Origin: a virus
Length of the DNA stretch: 64,000 bases
Strand: one strand, 5' to 3'
Virus record (IMG/VR): IMGVR_UViG_3300021512_000003
Coordinates: 1 to 64,000 of that record
Each line of letters opens with the position of its first letter. Positions within the stretch are counted from its first letter, which is position 1. Positions 59,732 through 64,000 of this stretch are shown here, in pieces. The translations under genes and the position numbers were made by a program. Below the pieces are notes generated by a model that saw only the letters and a list, made by a program, of their open reading frames with translations, made no database searches and was not told the DNA's origin.

Positions 59732-59803
59732 ATCTAACAATCACATTAAGTCACTTCGTTCGGACTGTCGCTGACGCGTCAGCCGCTTATGTGGGCGTTA
59801 TAT
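59732..59803 (+). other. attC-like recombination site
   Basis: ATCTAACaatcacattaag...cggactgtcgctgacgcgtcagccgcttatgtgggcGTTATAT. Confidence 0.85.
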
Positions 59804-60060
59804 CACTCATCCACCCATAAAAGCTTTTTAGTTATTCTGGTTTCAGTCACTTCTTTAGAGGTCTCAATGATCTCTGATTTTGTTTTGAACATCACGAACA
59901 GCCTCTCAAGCTCTGCGTCGAGTGCTGCATCAAAAATATCACTCATCCCATGATCGGTGGCGTAGTCGCGCATACAAAGGAGTTCTATGGTGTAATCTCC
60001 CAGCTCACACCCGTCAAGGTGCGCGTATTCGGTCAGAATGTTGTATCTATCTTCGTTCAA
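59803..60060 (-). CDS. Hypothetical protein (cassette)
   Basis: GGAGG RBS and TTG start. Confidence 0.7.
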   Translation of the reverse strand: MNEDRYNILTEYAHLDGCELGDYTIELLCMRDYATDHGMSDIFDAALDAELERLFVMFKTKSEIIETSKEVTETRITKKLLWVDE

Positions 60061-60073
60061 AATAACCTCCGTA

Positions 60074-60129
60074 ATCTAACAATCAATTTAAACCGGATTG
60101 CTACGCAACCGCTTAATTGAGCGTTATAA
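60074..60129 (+). other. attC-like recombination site
   Basis: ATCTAACaatcaatttaaaccggattgctacgcaaccgcttaattgagcGTTATAA. Confidence 0.9.
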
Positions 60130-60138
60130 GGCTTAGCC

Positions 60139-60390
60139 CTAATTCTCTTTCTCCCAATTCCTTTCGCCTTTTTCAAAGGCAACAGCGATGTCCAGCACCT
60201 CTCTCACGGTTTTTCCGTACTGGTGCTGCGAAGGAAGGCTGAATATCTCAACAGGTACTTTTTCCATACCTGGTTGGCTTCCAATCAAAGAGTTTTGTTG
60301 TATTTTAACGCCACATCCCTCACCTGTGCCGTCTTCCACTAGCATACGCTCTATAAAGTCGATGCGGTCTTTGTCTGTAATTTCGCTCAT
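60139..60390 (-). CDS. Phage hypothetical protein (cassette)
   Basis: TDKDRIDF...TVREVLDIA motif. Confidence 0.7.
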   Translation of the reverse strand: MSEITDKDRIDFIERMLVEDGTGEGCGVKIQQNSLIGSQPGMEKVPVEIFSLPSQHQYGKTVREVLDIAVAFEKGERNWEKEN

Positions 60391-60417
60391 GTTTATATCC
60401 TTGGTAGGTAAATCGCC

Positions 60418-60474
60418 TTATAACAAGGCATTGCAGCGGACGCGCTCTGCGCGCCGCATAGTTTTGCGTTAGCT
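60418..60474 (+). other. attC-like recombination site
   Basis: TTATAACaaggcattgcagcggacgcgctctgcgcgccgcatagttttgcGTTAGCT. Confidence 0.88.
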
Positions 60475-60668
60475 ATCATTAATTACTCTACGCACTGCAC
60501 ACAATTTATCCCCGACAACGATGTAGCCCGCTTTTATCCGTTGTGTAAACTGGGCGCGTTGCACTCCGATTGCTCGCGCAAATGCGCTTTGATTCCTTTG
60601 AAAGTTTCGGCTATAAAGTCGGCCAGCCTTTTCAGCCCGTCCGCTTTGCATTTTTCGCTAGGTTTCAT
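60469..60668 (-). pseudogene. Cro-like HTH gene, apparently frameshifted
   Basis: ATG 60668 gives ...LADFIAETFKG; the HTH NQSAFARAIGVQRAQFTQRI continues in another frame. Confidence 0.5.
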
Positions 60669-60874
60669 AGTAGATTAGAGTCGATATATTCCTGCGCTTC
60701 ATCCTTGGAAGCGAAGGTGAGCGCACCTTTTTCATCGCTCACATCAGCTCGCGCAATCGAATCATATATTAAAAACGGCCCTGCAAAATCAAACCGCCAA
60801 AGCCGAGTTGGGTGAAACCTGCATTCCATAACCCAACCCCCTATGTTGTCTGCGTTGCAAATTTCGTGACTCAT
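60665..60874 (-). CDS. Small hypothetical protein (cassette)
   Basis: GAGGAG RBS; downstream of own promoter. Confidence 0.7.
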   Translation of the reverse strand: MSHEICNADNIGGWVMECRFHPTRLWRFDFAGPFLIYDSIARADVSDEKGALTFASKDEAQEYIDSNLL

Positions 60875-60922
60875 GTTGTTTCTCCTCAGCGCCTTCGGGT
60901 CACTCCCTTAGCTCATGTATGT

Positions 60923-60951
60923 ATAGTAATATACACCCCACACACTGTCAA
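60923..60951 (-). promoter_or_regulatory. Sigma70 promoter inside cassette 60469-61037
   Basis: TTGACA-17 nt-TACTAT; palindrome GTATA-GTAA-TATAC overlaps the -10. Confidence 0.75.
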
Positions 60952-60981
60952 CGAAATGCTATACAAATAATCAAATAAAAT

Positions 60982-61043
60982 AGCTAACAAAGCAACTCAA
61001 ATCCGACTCCGCTGGCGCTTGCGGTTTAGCTGAGGCGTTATGT
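60982..61043 (+). other. attC-like recombination site
   Basis: AGCTAACaaagcaactcaaatccgactccgctggcgcttgcggtttagctgaggcGTTATGT. Confidence 0.9.
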
Positions 61044-61238
61044 GGAAAAACAGGCCTCAAGGGCATCTAAATACTGTGGTAAATTCTCATAGTTTCCCGT
61101 AAGCTCAGCCGTCTTCCTTTCACTAGCGACTGCTCTTGCTGATGAGAGAACGCGGAGCACTTGATGGCTGGTTCCGCCCTGCCAGCTTAGTGCTTTTATA
61201 GCCTCTTCCAAAAACGGATCTTGTTTATTATTTGTCAT
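61038..61238 (-). CDS. Small phage hypothetical protein (cassette)
   Basis: ALSWQGGTSHQV motif; stop in R'. Confidence 0.7.
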   Translation of the reverse strand: MTNNKQDPFLEEAIKALSWQGGTSHQVLRVLSSARAVASERKTAELTGNYENLPQYLDALEACFST

Positions 61239-61275
61239 ATAGATATACCTATAGTTTATTTGTGGTTATAAATTC

Positions 61276-61320
61276 ACATAACAAGGCAGTCAAGCAGACT
61301 GCTGAAAGCGTTGCTTTTTT
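61276..61320 (+). other. Truncated terminal attC (left arm only)
   Basis: ACATAACaaggcagtcaagcagactg; no matching right arm or GTTA. Confidence 0.65.
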
Positions 61321-61376
61321 CAAGTTCTTTGGGGATTTCATGTTTCATTCCTCTTAGTGTAAAGATGTATTTTACC

Positions 61377-61814
61377 TTATGACCAAAGCCCTGTAAAGTA
61401 TTTAGCAAACAATCGTAAACCCTCTTTACACTTCTCTTCGTAGACAGACACATCTTCTTTGTATCTTGTATATTCTTGTGGGTTGTCGGGAGCTAAGCTC
61501 AGGACTCCGTTGCCTACAAGATCAGGGAAGGTGAAATTATAATCTTCCATACAAGGCTCACCATAGGGGTCAAAAGCTTCCACCATACGATCAAGCACGT
61601 ACAGCCAAGCCTCCAGCCCACCTAACCCACTCAAAGCATCTCCCTCTTCCACCTCACAATAAGAGGATAGCTCTTTCTTGAATAGAATAAGAAGTGGGTG
61701 GATGATTAGTTTTAATGTTTCATCTACACTCCATATGTCCCACTCATCAACCTTTATCTTAACCTCTCTCTCTCCACCACAAGTTCTTGGGTAGTTCCCT
61801 ATCTGTACTTCCAT
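61377..61814 (-). CDS. Conserved phage hypothetical protein
   Basis: DIWSVDETL..IIHPLL...EGLRLFAKYFTGLW. Confidence 0.75.
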   Translation of the reverse strand: MEVQIGNYPRTCGGEREVKIKVDEWDIWSVDETLKLIIHPLLILFKKELSSYCEVEEGDALSGLGGLEAWLYVLDRMVEAFDPYGEPCMEDYNFTFPDLVGNGVLSLAPDNPQEYTRYKEDVSVYEEKCKEGLRLFAKYFTGLWS

Positions 61815-61961
61815 ATTAAACCTCTAGTATGTTGGTGTTCAGTTAAATACTAAACAGCCTCTCTACGTGTAAAAAACATGTATCTGGTAGGGTAGCCTAC
61901 CTTTTCACAGAAAACCCCCTACACAGGGGCTTAGGAGGCTTCTCGCTTACAATACACTCCC

Positions 61962-62270
61962 CTAATAGGTGCACTTCTGAGAAAAGGAGGGCACACCTTG
62001 AAGTGTATCCGCATCCTTAGCAGTTTTCCCACAACTAACCGTACATTGTGTGCCGTTATTCTCTACTTCCAGTTTAGCCTTTGCAAAGAGTCCTTTTGTA
62101 ACCCCATACTCCCAAGCATAGTTTTGATATGTTTGAGCCTTGAAGGGACTTTCATTCTCTGTTGAGGTGTACCCTCTTTCGTAAGCATCGCAAACACTTC
62201 TTACAAGGTTGTCCAAAGCTTTATCCTTTTGTGTGGTTGAAGTTGGGAGGTTATAGGAAAATATATCCAT
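61962..62270 (-). CDS. Hypothetical protein
   Basis: ORF of about 100 aa. Confidence 0.5.
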   Translation of the reverse strand: MDIFSYNLPTSTTQKDKALDNLVRSVCDAYERGYTSTENESPFKAQTYQNYAWEYGVTKGLFAKAKLEVENNGTQCTVSCGKTAKDADTLQGVPSFSQKCTY

Positions 62271-62339
62271 TGTCAAATAAAATAATATTGACTTGGAGTA
62301 GTTGCAAGCGAGTCTTTGGTAGTACTGTACAGTATTACA

Positions 62340-62460
62340 GTGTAGTACTACACTAACTAACTATATTACTTATAACACTACTTATTATATTACTTATAAT
62401 ACTTCTCTTATATTACTTACTATATTAATTCAGTATTACTATATAGTATTACTTCTTTAG
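62340..62460. repeat. AT-rich tract of TATTACT(TA) iterations at a strand switch
   Basis: At least 5 TATTACT copies in about 100 bp of non-coding DNA. Confidence 0.6.
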
Positions 62461-62649
62461 GGTATCACACCTTTTTCAGAAACACAACACTACAGCTCGA
62501 TTTTGTTCACTAAGCAAATAAAAGAGGTGTAGAAAATAGAGTAAAGAGTGCTTAAAGAGAGAGAAAAATGGTGTTTTATTACACTTCTCTTGCTATTTAT
62601 TTCTCTCTCCACTATACTCCTTATCTCATTATTTCGGAGAGGTAATACA

Positions 62650-63702
62650 GTGAAACTAAGTGAATGTAGTGTAGGTAGAGTGGTGCTAATACAAGAGGAT
62701 GGTCGCCCAACAGAGGTTGGTCATGTTGTAGGGTTTTCTCGACTGTATCAGACAGCTCCACTAGAGAGCACGAAAGTAGAAGTTATGATCCCTAGTGGGA
62801 AGACTATTGTTACTTCAGTTGGTGATTTGGAGGTGTATTGTGGGTGATCCTAGAAAGTGTATTTCTGCTATGGGTGGGCACATTAAATGGCAACTAATAA
62901 CAAAACCCAACAACTCTACCTTTTTATGTGTTATCTTCACAGGGGAGGATTATGAGTTTGGATATTGGGATGAATCTGTGTGTTGCTGGGATTGTCCAGA
63001 GAAGGGGTGGGTAGAGGATTCTGAGGTGTTAGGGTGGTTTGAGCTACCCCTACCACCAGAACCTAATCAAGAGGCACTAAAAGGTGTGTAGTGTTAGAGC
63101 TAATGTAGTGTTCTCTGCCTACATCGCTGTAGGGGATTATGACTCTCTTGCAGTGTGGGGCTTAGAAGAGTCTGGTGCGGGTGGTTACGAGTCACTGGAT
63201 GGACTCCCTACAGTGTGTGTTGAGACAGAGTTAGAGAACCTTGGGGCACAAGACTGGTATGACTGTCTACCAAAAAAGGCTACAGAGCAAGGCGTGTACT
63301 TCTTAACAGGGTCTGCTTCTTTTGAGGAAGACGATGTTGAATACTTGACAGCAGATTACCAAAGTATTAAGGTGTGTTAATGGGGTAGCTATTGCTAGCC
63401 ACACAACTCAAGAGACTTTTCATTCACTATTTCAATTTCACTAATAAGCACAAGAGGGTAAAACAATGAAAGAAGTTATCTTAGTAGAAGAAAATAAGAA
63501 CACTATTGACTTATGGAGAGTGGACACCTCCAGACCCATCTTTGCCAAGAAAGGTGGTAAGCTTGTTGGTATGCTTTTGAGAGAGTCTGATGGGTGGGTC
63601 GTAAGGTATGGTGACGGGAGGGGTGTAACAGGGCACTACAGTACAAAAAAAGAGTGCCTCGCATCGACTACAGATTTTAGCTACACCTTCCGCACAAAAT
63701 AG
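62650..63702 (+). CDS. Run of four small hypothetical genes (62650-62847, about 62822-63091, 63084-63380, 63466-63702)
   Basis: Overlapping starts/stops and RBSs; starts uncertain. Confidence 0.55.
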
Positions 63703-63932
63703 TAACAAACAAGGCTGTCCTTTGTTCCAGTACTTAGGACAGCCCCTCTAATCACTCTGCCAGTAGTAACCCACTCAAGCGACTTCTCACCTCACCTTTC
63801 AATTTTCCCGCAGTAAACTTATCCACTCAAGCAATTCCTCATTCAGCTGTTCAGTTTCACTAGCACAGGTTGATCCACTCGAGCGATTTCTCGTTCCACT
63901 CAAGAGAGTTTTCATCTCAGGTTTCAATTTCG
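63406..63932 (+). repeat. Degenerate direct-repeat family (CC)ACTCAAG...TTCA(A/G)TTT
   Basis: Copies at 63406, 63771, 63823, 63875 (partial) and 63896. Confidence 0.6.
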
Positions 63933-64000
63933 CCAGAGAATTTTTATTCAGGCGTATTAGGAAAAACTAATATAAAGATTTTATTATATAAGGGAACACT

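Larger units (their letters stand above)
57316..61320 (+). mobile_element. Integron-like cassette array 4 (leader plus 9 cassettes)
   Basis: attC sites at 57598, 58382, 58889, 59212, 59732, 60074, 60418, 60982 and truncated 61276; all nine cassettes have 8-13 nt complementary ends with at most 2 mismatches. Confidence 0.92.

Noticed and set aside
74-61043. The palindromes as plain rho-independent terminators or REP elements
   Set aside because: No U tails; conserved AAC/GTT boxes; cassette-end complementarity spans hundreds of bases
57316-61320. CRISPR array interpretation of the repeated palindromes
   Set aside because: Repeats are diverse and 55-76 bp, intervals are gene-sized, and no cas genes are present; the architecture matches attC
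1-64000. Integron integrase or other recombinase gene
   Set aside because: No ORF with tyrosine-recombinase R-H-R-Y motifs or serine-recombinase motifs was recognised in the window
1-64000. tRNA, rRNA, or a reverse transcriptase (DGR/retron)
   Set aside because: No cloverleaf, rRNA-like segment or YxDD RT ORF was seen by eye; tRNAscan was not run

Overview
A 64-kb segment of a lytic contractile-tailed (myovirus-type) phage genome. It has a + strand packaging/head/tail/baseplate/lysis block (11.2-41.4 kb) and - strand nucleotide-metabolism and replication genes: class II RNR with a LAGLIDADG intein, ThyX-like, dNMP kinase, exonuclease, family A polymerase and primase-helicase. Two group I introns with HNH endonucleases split terL and the primase-helicase. 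The main result is that the accessory regions are organised as integron-type gene-cassette arrays. About 20 attC-like sites lie in four arrays plus one isolated site, and the two ends of almost every cassette are reverse-complementary, the footprint expected from attC-mediated insertion. The three arrays whose start is visible each begin with the same 49-bp leader, which has an IHF consensus exactly 50 bp before the G|TT junction (candidate attI-like site), and each ends in a degenerate attC. No integron integrase is present in the window. Most cassette genes are antisense to the canonical attC orientation. One cassette family carries convergent overlapping small-gene pairs with a hairpin-occluded RBS, and one cassette looks like a TisB/DinQ-type type I toxin locus. 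All calls were made by eye from sequence and motif knowledge; no database searches were run.
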